Notes: generated by a model not told the origin, from the sequence alone. Counted from the whole stretch's first letter, positions 41,822 to 53,040 are shown. The stretch is DNA of 60,980 nt, filler included, from 7 parts of 7 records of this genome joined end to end with filler, not necessarily neighbours in it, one strand, 5' to 3'. A program made the numbers and translations.

Positions 41822-44396
41822 CTATCGAGTTTGGTTCCCACTCCAATCAAGTCTCCTTCGTCCTCGATCGCGGTCACGGCCACCGCCGAAAACAGCCCCG
41901 TCTTGCGCCACCATTTTCCAGCGCAAGGATTGCGAGCACGACCACGCCTGAACGTTTGAGCCAAGTGCCAGATAGTGCGTGGTGAGGCAGGCAGCACTTG
42001 ATACATCCGCTCCCGGTCGCAAAGCATCGTGGGCCGACCTACAGTGATGGCAGACGCAGCAAAACAAGTGCCATCATAAACTGCTGCAAAGCACTGGCAG
42101 TCTCTATCGCCAACCGCAACTGAACATGCTGTTTACACCACTCAGTACAAATATGGAGCGCCAACGTACATGAGAGTCCCCGCATCGCTTACAACCCACT
42201 GCAGTTGAGCGTTGACTGCACCATGATGTTGCGATTGAAAGTCGCAGTCGAAAATTTCCACGTTGGCACCAAGGGCGTGATCGCTGCCTCGAAGGGACAA
42301 CAGCCCGACGCACAAGTTCAAGTTGCCCACTGGCCGTATGGTCGAGTCATTCAAAAAGCAAAAGTTCTGGCGAAAGGCTCGGTCTTGGTCGTAATAGTCC
42401 CGCTCCTCATCTACATCATCGACTACGGCATAAGGGTCGCTCAAGTCCTTGTGCCGAGAACTTTTGCTGTACACACATCGATCCACCTGCACGTTCATGC
42501 CCCGTTCAATGGCACCGGTGCCTGCCACGTCTAGACAGCGCCCCTCGTCCGCCTCAAAGGAGTAGAAATGGCGTCGAGGTTGGCTCCGTGGTCCACACAG
42601 CTGCGACCACTGTTCTACTTTGGACACGTCGATGACACCCATCCTGTTGTCCGAGCCAGCAGCGTCACGCCGGCGGCGCCTTGAGCCCGGCCCTCCCGCG
42701 CCGGCCGACGAGCTCGTGTTGTATAGGCTTCCTGGCAACCCCAAACCCAATCCAGCAATGGCGGCGGCCCCAAGCGATCCTGCGTTGGTTCCGCTCCCAC
42801 CCAGGTATGCACTATGATCCACGACGTACGAACCCCCGTCAAGGTCATGGTGGGACACGCTGTCGTAGTCGCCAGCGATCATTGGGCCAACAAATTCGTC
42901 ACGGCACGAATTTAGCGTCAGCACCTATGGAACGGAAAGCCATTTTGTCAGCCGCAGCCACATCAACACGGAAACAAAACAAAAAGTACTCAGCTCAAGG
43001 AAGCACATGGAAGGGGTCGCTGCAAATACGCAAAACTCACTCGAGCGATGCCAACAAGACCCGCAACAGCAACGACTGCAAAGAAGGGCGTGACCATATG
43101 CCGAATTTGGCCCATGAACTTGCCCTGCGCAAGAAACTGGCGCTGGTAGAACACCAAAAAGCTGCCAATAATGATGAAGAACGACACGGCGAACATCACA
43201 GACGGAAGCAGTCCGAACACGATGATGGTAAACACAGCCGTGAGCATGAGCGATGAGCCCTCCACGAACAGTCGAATGATGGAGTCAGTATAAAAAATCA
43301 CAGCCGAGAGTGCAATCCCCATGCACCCATTGTTGACAACCAGGACCCAAGCCCATCCATTGAAACCATCAAACAATTCCGGGATGCTCTCCCAGCCCGC
43401 GCGTACAATGAAGTGCAGCAACGAAAACCAGATACTCCACAAATAAACTTGGACGTTCTTCACATGCAGAGACGAGTCGAAGGATGGGTGAGGTGCAACT
43501 GCCGCAGGCCCCGTGACGGAGGATCCAAAACCTGACGGTGAGATGCCGCGAGCTGTTGTTCCACCGTTTTCGAGCTCTGCCATCAGGAGGTCATGCTCGC
43601 TAACACCAAACTTTTTGAGCTGGTGATCGTGACGATCTCCACCGTGACTGTACTTGAGAAGGATTTCGGTCGCCAGTGAGCCGAAAGCGGACACCAGCGT
43701 GTACAAAAAAATCATTCCGAGGCCCAGCGTCGAGATGAAGAACTGACCCCCGCCCTGGCCATCTGAGAGGCCGTTATTCACTGTGTCTAATCCGGATCCA
43801 GAAGCTTGAGCGCTGGCAGACGCGGCTTCTGGTGTCATGTGCTCCACGTTTGCCATCGCCAAGCACGAGCCAAAGAAGAGCATGAAGAGGGCCGTGTACT
43901 GCTCCAGCGTGATGGGGACGCGAGTGAGCATGCGGAAAAGGATGGTGGTGGAAAAGATCTTGAGGTTGGAAAGCGTCTGAAACGTGGCTGCGTCCATGTT
44001 CTCGAGGCACACCATGGCGACCTCGTCCGCGACAGTAATCAACAGGGCGGGGATGGAGTACAGCATGAACGTCCCCAGTTTGAAACCCTTCAAGTCTGCC
44101 GTGCCACGACCCAGCACCATCGTGCCTACCAGTGACAGCACCAGCGCCAGGATCTCCGACATCATGAACGCCGCAGCAGGGTGGAAGGGGAAGTGAGAGT
44201 TACTTCCTTTCGCAAGCACAGTGAAGATGGACCGCATGCCGTGCAGCACGGAAGCAACCACGAACAGGGCCCCAGCAGTGACGTTGCGCCCGATGGCTCC
44301 ACCCAGGGACGCCCACCCATAGCTGGTGTGGACGCTGTTTCGCTTGAGCGTCGACTGGAAAATAGACTTCTTCTTCGTCGCCGCAATTTTCACCAT
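41822..44396 (-). CDS. SLC35A-like nucleotide-sugar transporter fused to a C-terminal ricin-B lectin domain (3 exons, ~775 aa)
   Basis: Exons 44396-43041, 42924-42170 and 42038-41822. NST motifs YSIPALL, DAATFQTLSNLKI, KNVQVY and FDGF; three Cys-paired ricin-like subdomains. Confidence 0.75.
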
Positions 44397-44401
44397 TGTG
44401 C

Positions 44402-44440
44402 TGTGGTTGTGGTTGCGGTTGTGGTTGCGGTTGCGGTTGG
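44402..44440. repeat. Hexamer microsatellite (TGYGGT)n
   Basis: TGTGGT/TGCGGT tandem units just upstream of the transporter ATG. Confidence 0.8.
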
Positions 44441-44520
44441 AAGACGAACGCTCCTCACGAAACTCCGACCCTTAATAACAAGTCCACACCGCACAAAACC
44501 TGCTGCATTATGAACAACAG

Positions 44521-44562
44521 GTGTATGTGTACGTGTGTGCGTGTGCGTGCGTGCGTGCGTGC
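44521..44562. repeat. GT/GTGC microsatellite at contig end
   Basis: gtgtatgtgtacgtgtgtgcgtgtgcgtgcgtgcgtgcgtgc. Confidence 0.85.
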
Positions 44563-44662
44563 NNNNNNNNNNNNNNNNNNNNNNNNNNNNNNNNNNNNNN
44601 NNNNNNTTAATTAATTAANNNNNNNNNNNNNNNNNNNNNNNNNNNNNNNNNNNNNNNNNNNN
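44563..44662. other. Artificial contig spacer
   Basis: N44-TTAATTAATTAA-N44. Confidence 0.99.
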
Positions 44663-45305
<643 letters not shown>

Positions 45306-45341
45306 ATTGGCGCACGGCACGGAAAATCAAAGGGGACAACG

Positions 45342-45752
45342 ATGTATCAAAAGATACTTGTACCCATGGCATTGGACCATGGAATCTCACCGCAGACGTT
45401 AGAGATCGCCCGGGCACTTTTGTCGCCTGGCGGGTCGATCGTCGCCCTGCATGTATTCGAGGTGCCGAAGGGGTCTGTCTCTGCCTATGTTGGTGAAGAG
45501 GTCATCCAGAAGGGCTACGATAGGGCAGAAGAGATCCTGCGGGAGAAAGTGTCCCATCTTGATGGGGTCTCCACGGATATCGTTCGTGGGGAAGCCCATC
45601 GCAAGATCATCGATTATGCCGTCCAACATGATTTCAACTGTATCGTCATTGGCTCTCATAAACCGGATCTCAGTGATTACTTTATCGGTTCGACCGCGGC
45701 GCGCGTGGTGCGGCACGCGCCATGCGCCGTTCATGTGCATCGCGACTCTTGA
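45342..45752 (+). CDS. Universal stress protein
   Basis: KILVP, IVIGSH and IGSTAARVVRHAPCAV motifs. Confidence 0.93.
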   Translation: MYQKILVPMALDHGISPQTLEIARALLSPGGSIVALHVFEVPKGSVSAYVGEEVIQKGYDRAEEILREKVSHLDGVSTDIVRGEAHRKIIDYAVQHDFNCIVIGSHKPDLSDYFIGSTAARVVRHAPCAVHVHRDS

Positions 45753-45848
45753 CGATGCGGCAAGATCGGTGAACGCACTGAGCTGATACATTGTTGGCTG
45801 AAATAGTCTTACGTCATTCCTGAATGGATGGGATTGGAAAAACCACCT

Positions 45849-46610
45849 ATGCCGTCGCAATTTGATCTTACTGGTTCCGTCGCAGTCGTGACGGGGGCCT
45901 CGTCCGGGATCGGACGCCGCATGGCAGGCGCCCTTGCCGGGGCCGGTGCGAAGCTCGTACTGGTGGCGCGGAGTGCCGATAAACTTGCGGATGCCCGGGC
46001 CGGGATCGAAGCCGCCGGCGGCACGGCGGAAACCGTCACCGCCGATCTGATGGACAGGTCGGTAATCGACGATCTCTACACCCGTTGTGCGGCCCCGTTC
46101 GGAGCGCCGACGATCCTCGTCAATGCGGCAGGCATCAACCTGCGTGAGCCGTGGGCCGAGATCACCATGGAAAGCTGGGACAGGACCCTCCACCTCAATC
46201 TGAGCGTGCCGTTTTTCCTGGCCCGCGCCTGTGTGCCTGGGATGGCCGAAAAAGGCTATGGCCGGATCATCAACATCGCATCGCTGCAAAGCTATCGCGC
46301 CTTTGCCAACTCCATGCCCTATGGCGCATCCAAGGGCGGGGTCGTGCAACTGACCCGCGCCATGGCCGAGGCGTGGTCGAAAGACGGCATCAACGTCAAC
46401 GCCATTGCACCCGGTTTCTTTCCGACCGAGCTGACCACCGCTGTATTCGCCAACAAGGAACTGTCGGCACATAACGCAAAAATGACGGCGATCGGCAGGA
46501 ACGGTGAGCTTGAGGATCTGGATGGGGTGACGGTTTTTCTGTCGGCCCCCGCGTCTGCCTATATTACCGGCGCGACCATACCGGTCGACGGCGGCTTCAC
46601 GGCGAAATAG
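45849..46610 (+). CDS. hpsO: SDR oxidoreductase, probable DHPS 2-dehydrogenase
   Basis: TGASSGIG, NAAG and YGASK motifs; lies between hpsN and a Zn-ADH. Confidence 0.72.
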   Translation: MPSQFDLTGSVAVVTGASSGIGRRMAGALAGAGAKLVLVARSADKLADARAGIEAAGGTAETVTADLMDRSVIDDLYTRCAAPFGAPTILVNAAGINLREPWAEITMESWDRTLHLNLSVPFFLARACVPGMAEKGYGRIINIASLQSYRAFANSMPYGASKGGVVQLTRAMAEAWSKDGINVNAIAPGFFPTELTTAVFANKELSAHNAKMTAIGRNGELEDLDGVTVFLSAPASAYITGATIPVDGGFTAK

Positions 46611-46619
46611 GGAAAGCTC

Positions 46620-47624
46620 ATGCGCGCACTCGTCTATACCGGTCCGAAGCAGATCGTTCTTCAGGATGCGCCCGACCCGGTCGCGGCCGGCGGGGATGTA
46701 TTGATCGATGTCGGCGCCGTCGGCATCTGCGGTTCGGACATGCATGCCTATCTGGGGCATGACGAACGCCGCCCGGCCCCGTTGATTTTGGGCCATGAAG
46801 CCGCCGGCGTGGTGCGCGGCGGGGTGCATGACGGCAAGCGGGTCGTCGTCAATCCGCTGGTGACGTGCGGAACATGCCGCGACTGTCTGTCGGGGCGGGA
46901 AAACCTGTGCGCGTCACGTGAAATCATTTCCATGCCGCCGCGTCAGGGTGCGTTCGCGGAAAAGATCGTCGTGCCGGCACGCAACATCATCGAAATCCCG
47001 GCGGGTCTTGAGATGACACGGGCGGCCCTGGCTGAGCCGCTGGCCACGTCGTGGCACGGCGTCGCTCTTGCGGATCGCCATGCCGCACGGCCGCTGGCCG
47101 AAGCCCGCGCTCTGGTGATGGGATCGGGGGCTGTCGGGCTGGGGGCGGCTTTGGCACTCCGGGCCTTCGGCTGTCCGGATGTGACCGTCGCCGAAACCAA
47201 CGCGCTCAGACGCCAAACGGCAACATCGCAGGGCTTTGAGAGGGTTGTCGACCCGACGGTTGACGGTGCCCTCGACGCCGGATTCGCCGATGTCGTCATT
47301 GATGCGGTCGGCAATAAACACACCCGCGCCGCCGCCGTGCGGGCGGCACGCCCCGGATCGGTGATCGTGCACATCGGTCTCGGCGACGGTGTCGACGGTT
47401 TCGACGCCCGGCGGGTGACGCTGCAGGAAATCACCTTCGTCGGTGCCTACACCTATAACATGACGGATTTCCGCGCGACGCTGGCGGCCATGGCCTCGGG
47501 CGCGCTCGGCGATCTCGACTGGATCGAGGCCCGCGCGCTGGAAGACGGCATTCAGGCCTTCGACGATCTACTCGAAGGGCGCACCGGGGCAGCGAAAATC
47601 GTTCTGCATCCTGTTCCCGTTTGA
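46620..47624 (+). CDS. hpsP: Zn-dependent alcohol dehydrogenase, probable DHPS 2-dehydrogenase
   Basis: GICGSD, GHE, CxxCxxC and GSGAVG motifs; hps cluster context. Confidence 0.72.
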   Translation: MRALVYTGPKQIVLQDAPDPVAAGGDVLIDVGAVGICGSDMHAYLGHDERRPAPLILGHEAAGVVRGGVHDGKRVVVNPLVTCGTCRDCLSGRENLCASREIISMPPRQGAFAEKIVVPARNIIEIPAGLEMTRAALAEPLATSWHGVALADRHAARPLAEARALVMGSGAVGLGAALALRAFGCPDVTVAETNALRRQTATSQGFERVVDPTVDGALDAGFADVVIDAVGNKHTRAAAVRAARPGSVIVHIGLGDGVDGFDARRVTLQEITFVGAYTYNMTDFRATLAAMASGALGDLDWIEARALEDGIQAFDDLLEGRTGAAKIVLHPVPV

Positions 47625-47725
47625 ATTCAGCCGGATTTCGTCCCAATCTGTGATCAAGTCTTGAAACAGGCCGGTTCAGGCCGCACCTGTCAAAAAACAC
47701 ACACCTACTCTGGGAGGAGATCACA

Positions 47726-48508
47726 ATGGAAGTACGCATGGACGGTCGCAATGCGATCATCACCGGCGGCAGTGCCGGTCTCGGCAAGGCCATGGCCAAG
47801 GAATTCATCGCATCGGGAGCCAATGTCGCCATCGTCGCGCGACGGCAGGAGGTTCTCGATCAGGCGAAAGCCGAGATCGAAACCGCAGGCAGCGGCAAGG
47901 TCATCGCGATTTCCGCCGATATCCGCCAGGCCGGAGAATGCAAACGCGCCTTTGACGAAGCCGTTAAGGCGCTGGGTCAGATCGATGTCCTGGTCAACAA
48001 TGCCGGCACGTCGCGGCGCGGTCCGTTTCTCGATATCACCGACGAGGAATGGCAGGACGATTTTGACCTCAAGGTCTTTTCCGCGATCCGCTTTGCCCGT
48101 CTGGTGATCCCCGGAATGCGCGAACGGAAATGGGGGCGGATCATCAATGTGCTCAATTCCGGGGCGAAGACCCCGCCCGCCGAAGGTGCGCCGACGGCCG
48201 TGACCCGCGCCGCCGGCATGGCGATCATGAAGGTGCTGTCGAATGAAAATGCTGAACACAATGTGCTCGTCAATTCGCTGCACGTCGGCAAGATCCGCAG
48301 TGAGCAGTGGGAAAACCGGCACGCCAAGGATGATCGCGGCCTGACCCTCGAACAGTGGTACGACGAGGAAGGCAAGAGCCAGCCTATGGGCCGTCTCGGC
48401 ACTCCCGAGGAATTTGCGGCGATTGCCTGTCTGCTGTGTTCCGACCGGGGGTCCTATATCTCGGGCGCTGCCATCAACGTCGACGGCGCACTCAGCAAGG
48501 CTGTCTAG
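47726..48508 (+). CDS. Atypical SDR oxidoreductase
   Basis: TGGSAGLG and NNAG motifs; TAVTR in place of YxxxK. Confidence 0.88.
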   Translation: MEVRMDGRNAIITGGSAGLGKAMAKEFIASGANVAIVARRQEVLDQAKAEIETAGSGKVIAISADIRQAGECKRAFDEAVKALGQIDVLVNNAGTSRRGPFLDITDEEWQDDFDLKVFSAIRFARLVIPGMRERKWGRIINVLNSGAKTPPAEGAPTAVTRAAGMAIMKVLSNENAEHNVLVNSLHVGKIRSEQWENRHAKDDRGLTLEQWYDEEGKSQPMGRLGTPEEFAAIACLLCSDRGSYISGAAINVDGALSKAV

Positions 48509-48516
48509 AGATTCAG

Positions 48517-48594
48517 GTGTCGTGCGCTTGGCGCGCGCTTATGTGACGTGCGCTTGGCGCGCGCTTAAGTGTCGTGCGCCTGACGCGCGCTTAA
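48517..48594. repeat. Three tandem 26-bp palindromic repeats
   Basis: GTGTCGTGCGCTTGGCGCGCGCTTAT / GTGACGTGCGCTTGGCGCGCGCTTAA / GTGTCGTGCGCCTGACGCGCGCTTAA. Confidence 0.92.
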
Positions 48595-50390
48595 CTATCG
48601 TGCGTGATCAGGCCCTCTTCGAGGGCCTTGATCTGCAACGCCAGGAACCTTGAGAAGATCCGGCACTGCGCCAGCGAGCCGGCGGTGAACCACAGCCCCG
48701 GCTGCGGGGTGCGGCACCACATGTTGCGCAGTTCGCCTTCATCGCTGAAACCCCAGACCGGGCCGATCCTGTCAGCGATCTCGTCGCCCATGAACTGGCG
48801 CACGGTTTCCTGCTGCATCTTGTAGCCGGTCGCCAGCACGATCAGATCGGCTTCGATGAGTGTGCCGTCCTTCAGTCTTGCACCTTCCGCACAAAAGCTG
48901 TCGATCTCGTCATACTGGACGATGTCGATTTCACCATCCGCAATCAGTCCTGAACAGCCGACGTCGAAGTAGTAGCCGCCGCCCCGCTGCAGATAGCTCA
49001 TCTGGAAACCGCAGTCATCGATGCCGTCATTGAGACGGAAGCCGCGGGCGCTCAGCCGGTCCAGCAACGGCTTGTCGATTTCCTTCGACATCGCCGTCGC
49101 CCGTTTATAGGCGACCTTGAGAACTGGAAACGGAAAGGACGTCGCCAGCAGATCGCAGTCTTCAATCGGTGGACCTTCGGCATAGATGGTGTAGACGCGC
49201 TGCGCTTCGGCGAGGCTGACGATATGGGTCGAACTGCGCTGGATCATCGTGGTTTTGACACCACAGGCATGCAGGTCCTGGGCGACATCGTGCGCACTGT
49301 TGCCGGTGCCGACGACGATGGCCTTTTTGCCGGCCCATTTATGGCCTGTCTCATAGGCGCCGGAATGCATCAGATCGCCGTTGAAATCCTTGAGCCCGGG
49401 CAGGTCCGGCATGATGGGAATGCCGCTGGCCCCGGTTGCCATGATCACGTGACGGGGACGGATCGTGCGTTTTGTGCCGTCTGATTTACGAAGCTCGATC
49501 TCCCAGTTGCCGTTTTCGGCGTCATAACTGCCGGACACCATTTCGGTCCCGGTCCAGTAGTTCAGTTCCAGCGCCTCGACATAGCATTCGAACCAGTTGG
49601 CGAGCATATCTTTGGGAATGTACACCGGCCACGTCGACGGGAACGGCATGTACGGCATGTGATTGACGTAGACTTCGTTGTGCAGGGTCAGCGAGTGATA
49701 GCGCTTGCGCCAGTTGTCACCGATGCGTTCATGCTTGTCGATGATCAGCGTGTCGACCCCGAGGTGTGTCAGCCGTGCCGCCGCCCCCAGCCCGGCCTGT
49801 CCGCCGCCGACCACCAGCACCGCCGGGTCGCGGTCTTCATAGGCACGCTGCCGGTTGCGGAAATCGAGCCAGTTTTCGCCGCCCCATTCGCGGCTGAAGG
49901 CATCACCGCCGGCCCGTTGTGCACTGGTGCGTTCGGGATATCCGTTCAGGGCCTGCAATGTCGTCGACAGGGTCCAGGCGCGCCAGGCATTGTCCGCCGC
50001 CGGGTCTTCGCGCAGCCGGACCACGCCGCTTGCGCTGCCGACGGCTAAATCAAAATCGAACAGAACCTCGATGGCATCCGACCCGGCCCGCATGACCATG
50101 CGCGGCGGGGTGCGTTCATCGCCGATCCGGAAATGCGCAGCCTGCGCGGCAGGCTGGGTTCGCTTGAGTTTGTCGGCAATGGCTCTGGGGCCGCTGATCG
50201 TCGAAAGCCGCCAGTCAAAGGCCAGAACGTCCCGCCAGTGCGCATCGTCCATGAACAGGGCACGAACCACGTCCATGTCCTGTGCGGCGAGGGCGGCATT
50301 GAAATCCGCGAGCCAGGCTTCGGCAATCGCGATGACGGGGACATCTGTTTCTGAGTCTTTGGGCATGATTGTATCCGTTGAAAAAGTCAC
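48591..50390 (-). CDS. Flavin-containing monooxygenase with N-terminal SnoaL-like extension (type II FMO-like)
   Basis: GGGQAG, GDNWRKRYHSL, FNGDLMHSGAY, GTGNSAHD and ATGY motifs. Confidence 0.9.
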   Translation of the reverse strand: MTFSTDTIMPKDSETDVPVIAIAEAWLADFNAALAAQDMDVVRALFMDDAHWRDVLAFDWRLSTISGPRAIADKLKRTQPAAQAAHFRIGDERTPPRMVMRAGSDAIEVLFDFDLAVGSASGVVRLREDPAADNAWRAWTLSTTLQALNGYPERTSAQRAGGDAFSREWGGENWLDFRNRQRAYEDRDPAVLVVGGGQAGLGAAARLTHLGVDTLIIDKHERIGDNWRKRYHSLTLHNEVYVNHMPYMPFPSTWPVYIPKDMLANWFECYVEALELNYWTGTEMVSGSYDAENGNWEIELRKSDGTKRTIRPRHVIMATGASGIPIMPDLPGLKDFNGDLMHSGAYETGHKWAGKKAIVVGTGNSAHDVAQDLHACGVKTTMIQRSSTHIVSLAEAQRVYTIYAEGPPIEDCDLLATSFPFPVLKVAYKRATAMSKEIDKPLLDRLSARGFRLNDGIDDCGFQMSYLQRGGGYYFDVGCSGLIADGEIDIVQYDEIDSFCAEGARLKDGTLIEADLIVLATGYKMQQETVRQFMGDEIADRIGPVWGFSDEGELRNMWCRTPQPGLWFTAGSLAQCRIFSRFLALQIKALEEGLITHDS

Positions 50391-50561
50391 CCCGATGGTA
50401 CGTCACACCCTGCAGGGATCAAGGAAAACAGGCTAGAACAGGGCTTTGCACGCCTTTCGGGCGGGGTATACTGACGATAACGGCTTGAATGCCGATCCGG
50501 ACACCTTACGTGTCCTGTCAGATGAAAAACCGACCACAAATCGAATAATCCGGGGGAAACT

Positions 50562-51536
50562 ATGGAATACAAATGGCTCGGCAGGACCGGCATCAAGGTC
50601 TCTGAACTCTGTTTCGGCACCATGTCGTTCGGCGGTGACGCGGACGAGAAAGAATCGGCGAAAATGTATGCCGCGACCCGCGACAGGGGCATCAATTTCT
50701 TTGACTGTGCGAATGCCTATTCCCGCGGCAAGGCGGAAACGATCCTCGGCAAGTTGATGGCTTCCGAACGTGATGAACTGATCATCACGTCCAAATGCTT
50801 CAACCCGATGAGCGACGACATCAATTCCCGGGGCGGCAACCGGCGCAATATCCTGAGCGCTGTCGAAGCCAGCCTGAAGCGGCTCAACACCGACCGGCTG
50901 GAGGTGTTGTTCATGCACCGCTGGGATGCGGTCGTGCCGCTGGAAGAAACCCTCCGGGCGCTTGAACAGCTGGTGACGGACGGCAAGGTGCTGCATCTCG
51001 GGGCAAGCAACTATTCAGCATGGCAGGTCGCCAAGGGGCTGGGCATTTCGGAGCGCATGGGCTGGTCGCGGTTCGACGTCATCCAGCCGATGTATTCTCT
51101 GGTCAAGCGTCAGGCGGAATCCGAAATCTTCCCGCTGGCGGAAGCGGAAAATCTCGGCGTGATAACCTACAGCCCGGTCGGCGGCGGTCTGCTCAGCGGC
51201 AAGTACGGCCCCGGCCAGCGCCCGGATCAGGGGCGGCTGATGAGCAACAAGGAATATACCGCCCGCTATGGCGAGGACTGGGTGTTCGAGACCGCCGGTC
51301 AGTTCACCGAACTTGCCAAGTCCAAGGGTGTCCATCCGGTCAGCCTCGCCGTTGCGTGGGCGGCGGCGCATCCGGCGGTGACGTGTCCGATCATCGGTGC
51401 ACGTAGTCTTGAACAGTTGCAGCCGTCGCTGGACTCCACGGATATCGAGATGACGCCGGACCTGCACGCCGAGATCGCGGCACTGTCCCGGACGCCGCCA
51501 CCGGCCACGGACCGTCTTGAGGAACAGCAACGCTGA
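50562..51536 (+). CDS. Aldo/keto reductase
   Basis: LCFGTM, FDCANAY, SLKRL, MHRWD and YSPVGGG motifs. Confidence 0.93.
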   Translation: MEYKWLGRTGIKVSELCFGTMSFGGDADEKESAKMYAATRDRGINFFDCANAYSRGKAETILGKLMASERDELIITSKCFNPMSDDINSRGGNRRNILSAVEASLKRLNTDRLEVLFMHRWDAVVPLEETLRALEQLVTDGKVLHLGASNYSAWQVAKGLGISERMGWSRFDVIQPMYSLVKRQAESEIFPLAEAENLGVITYSPVGGGLLSGKYGPGQRPDQGRLMSNKEYTARYGEDWVFETAGQFTELAKSKGVHPVSLAVAWAAAHPAVTCPIIGARSLEQLQPSLDSTDIEMTPDLHAEIAALSRTPPPATDRLEEQQR

Positions 51537-51564
51537 CAGCCGCCACGCGGTAACGGGGGACGCG

Positions 51565-52575
51565 ATGAAATATGTCGGACTGGGCAGCAGTGGGCTGAAG
51601 GTTTCGCCGATCTGTCTCGGTGCCATGACCTTCGGCAAGGAAACGAGTGTTCCCGTTGCCCAGAAGATCGTCGGCGCGGCCAGGGATGCCGGGGTCAATT
51701 TCATCGACACCGCCGAATCATATGTCATGGGCGAGTCTGAAAAAATCGTCGGCAAGCTGATCAAAAAGGACCGTTCGGACTGGATCGTTGCCACCAAGCT
51801 CGGCAGCAAGGCGGTCGGCAATGGGCCGAACCAGAAAGGTCTCAGCCGGGCCTGGATGATCGACGGGCTGAACGGCAGCCTGAAGCGTCTCGGCACGGAT
51901 TATGTCGACATCTACTATCTGCATCGCGCCGATCCGACGACGCCGTTGCGCGAAACCATTGAAACCATGGGTGAGCTGATCCGTGCGGGCAAGGTCCGCT
52001 ACTGGGGATTCAGCAACTTCCGGGCCTGGAAAATCGCCGAGATGGTGGCGCTGTGCCGGGAACTGGGCGTGCCGAAACCGGTGATCGCGCAGCCGTTCTA
52101 CAATGCGATCTATCGCTTGCCGGAAATGGAATATCTGCCGGCCTGTCAGGAATACGGGATCGGCGCCGTCCCCTACAGCCCGCTGGCGCGGGGTGTGCTG
52201 ACCGGCAAGTACGGCTTGGATGTCGCATCGGTCAAGGATACCCGGCGCGGCAGCCGCGAGGTCGGCACCTACGGGGATATGTACACGGCCGACTGCCTGA
52301 AAATTGCCGCGAAAATCAAGAAGCGGGCGGAAGCCCGGGGCATGACGGCAGGTGATATGGCGATTAACTGGCTGCTCAACAGCCGGATCGTCAGTTCCAT
52401 CGTTGCCGGGCCGCGCACCCTGGCGCACTGGAAGGGCTATCTGGGGGCGCTTGACCACGGCTTCACCGCCGAGGACGAGGCGTTTATCGATAAGCTGGCG
52501 CCGAGCTGCTACCCGCTCGAACTCGGCTATACGGAACTGAAAGACCCACCCCGGGGCCGCCCGACATTCGTCTGA
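51565..52575 (+). CDS. Aldo/keto reductase
   Basis: CLGAM, IDTAESY, ATK, YYLH and YSPLARG motifs. Confidence 0.93.
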   Translation: MKYVGLGSSGLKVSPICLGAMTFGKETSVPVAQKIVGAARDAGVNFIDTAESYVMGESEKIVGKLIKKDRSDWIVATKLGSKAVGNGPNQKGLSRAWMIDGLNGSLKRLGTDYVDIYYLHRADPTTPLRETIETMGELIRAGKVRYWGFSNFRAWKIAEMVALCRELGVPKPVIAQPFYNAIYRLPEMEYLPACQEYGIGAVPYSPLARGVLTGKYGLDVASVKDTRRGSREVGTYGDMYTADCLKIAAKIKKRAEARGMTAGDMAINWLLNSRIVSSIVAGPRTLAHWKGYLGALDHGFTAEDEAFIDKLAPSCYPLELGYTELKDPPRGRPTFV

Positions 52576-52668
52576 CCACTTCCACCATTCGCAGGCTGCA
52601 TTGCAGTGCCACCAGGCCGGTGACAGCATGCAGAAATTATGAATAAATTTTAATCATCGACTAGTATA

Positions 52669-52833
52669 TGCATATAAAAAATGCAGATTTATGTACATTT
52701 TATGGCTGTAAATGCCTGAAAACACCGATTTTCACGACTTAAAAAAAGCGGGATTCATAAACAGATTCATATGGATAGATGCCGTGATGAGGATTTTCCC
52801 GCTTCGGATGTGATTCTTGGCCCAGAAATTGTA
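52669..52833 (+). promoter_or_regulatory. Putative NtrC-like site and sigma54 (-24/-12) promoter of urtA
   Basis: TGCATATAAAAAATGCA (52669-52685) and TGGCCC-N5-TTGTA (52818-52833; GG-N10-GT, non-canonical -12). Confidence 0.5.
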
Positions 52834-52876
52834 ATGCGCTGTTGCAGTGCAACAACAATCCTAGGGGAGTCACTTC

Positions 52877-53040
52877 ATGCAAATGAGATGTAAATCGCTT
52901 ATCACGGCCGGCGTCCTTGCCGCGTCAATGGCGATCAGCAGCGTCGCATCCGCGGCAGACACAATTAAGGTCGGTATCCTTCACTCGCTTTCCGGCACCA
53001 TGGCAATCAGCGAAACCACGCTGAAAGACGTCATGCTGAT
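52877..53040 (+). CDS. urtA: Urea ABC transporter substrate-binding protein, 5' fragment
   Basis: Signal peptide followed by [20 protein letters not shown]. Confidence 0.9.

Noticed and set aside
34323-44562. Eukaryote-to-bacterium horizontal transfer
   Set aside because: The intron-containing DNA is bounded by spacers on both sides and is a separate contig.
48517-48594. CRISPR array
   Set aside because: The repeats abut with no spacers, and no cas genes are present.
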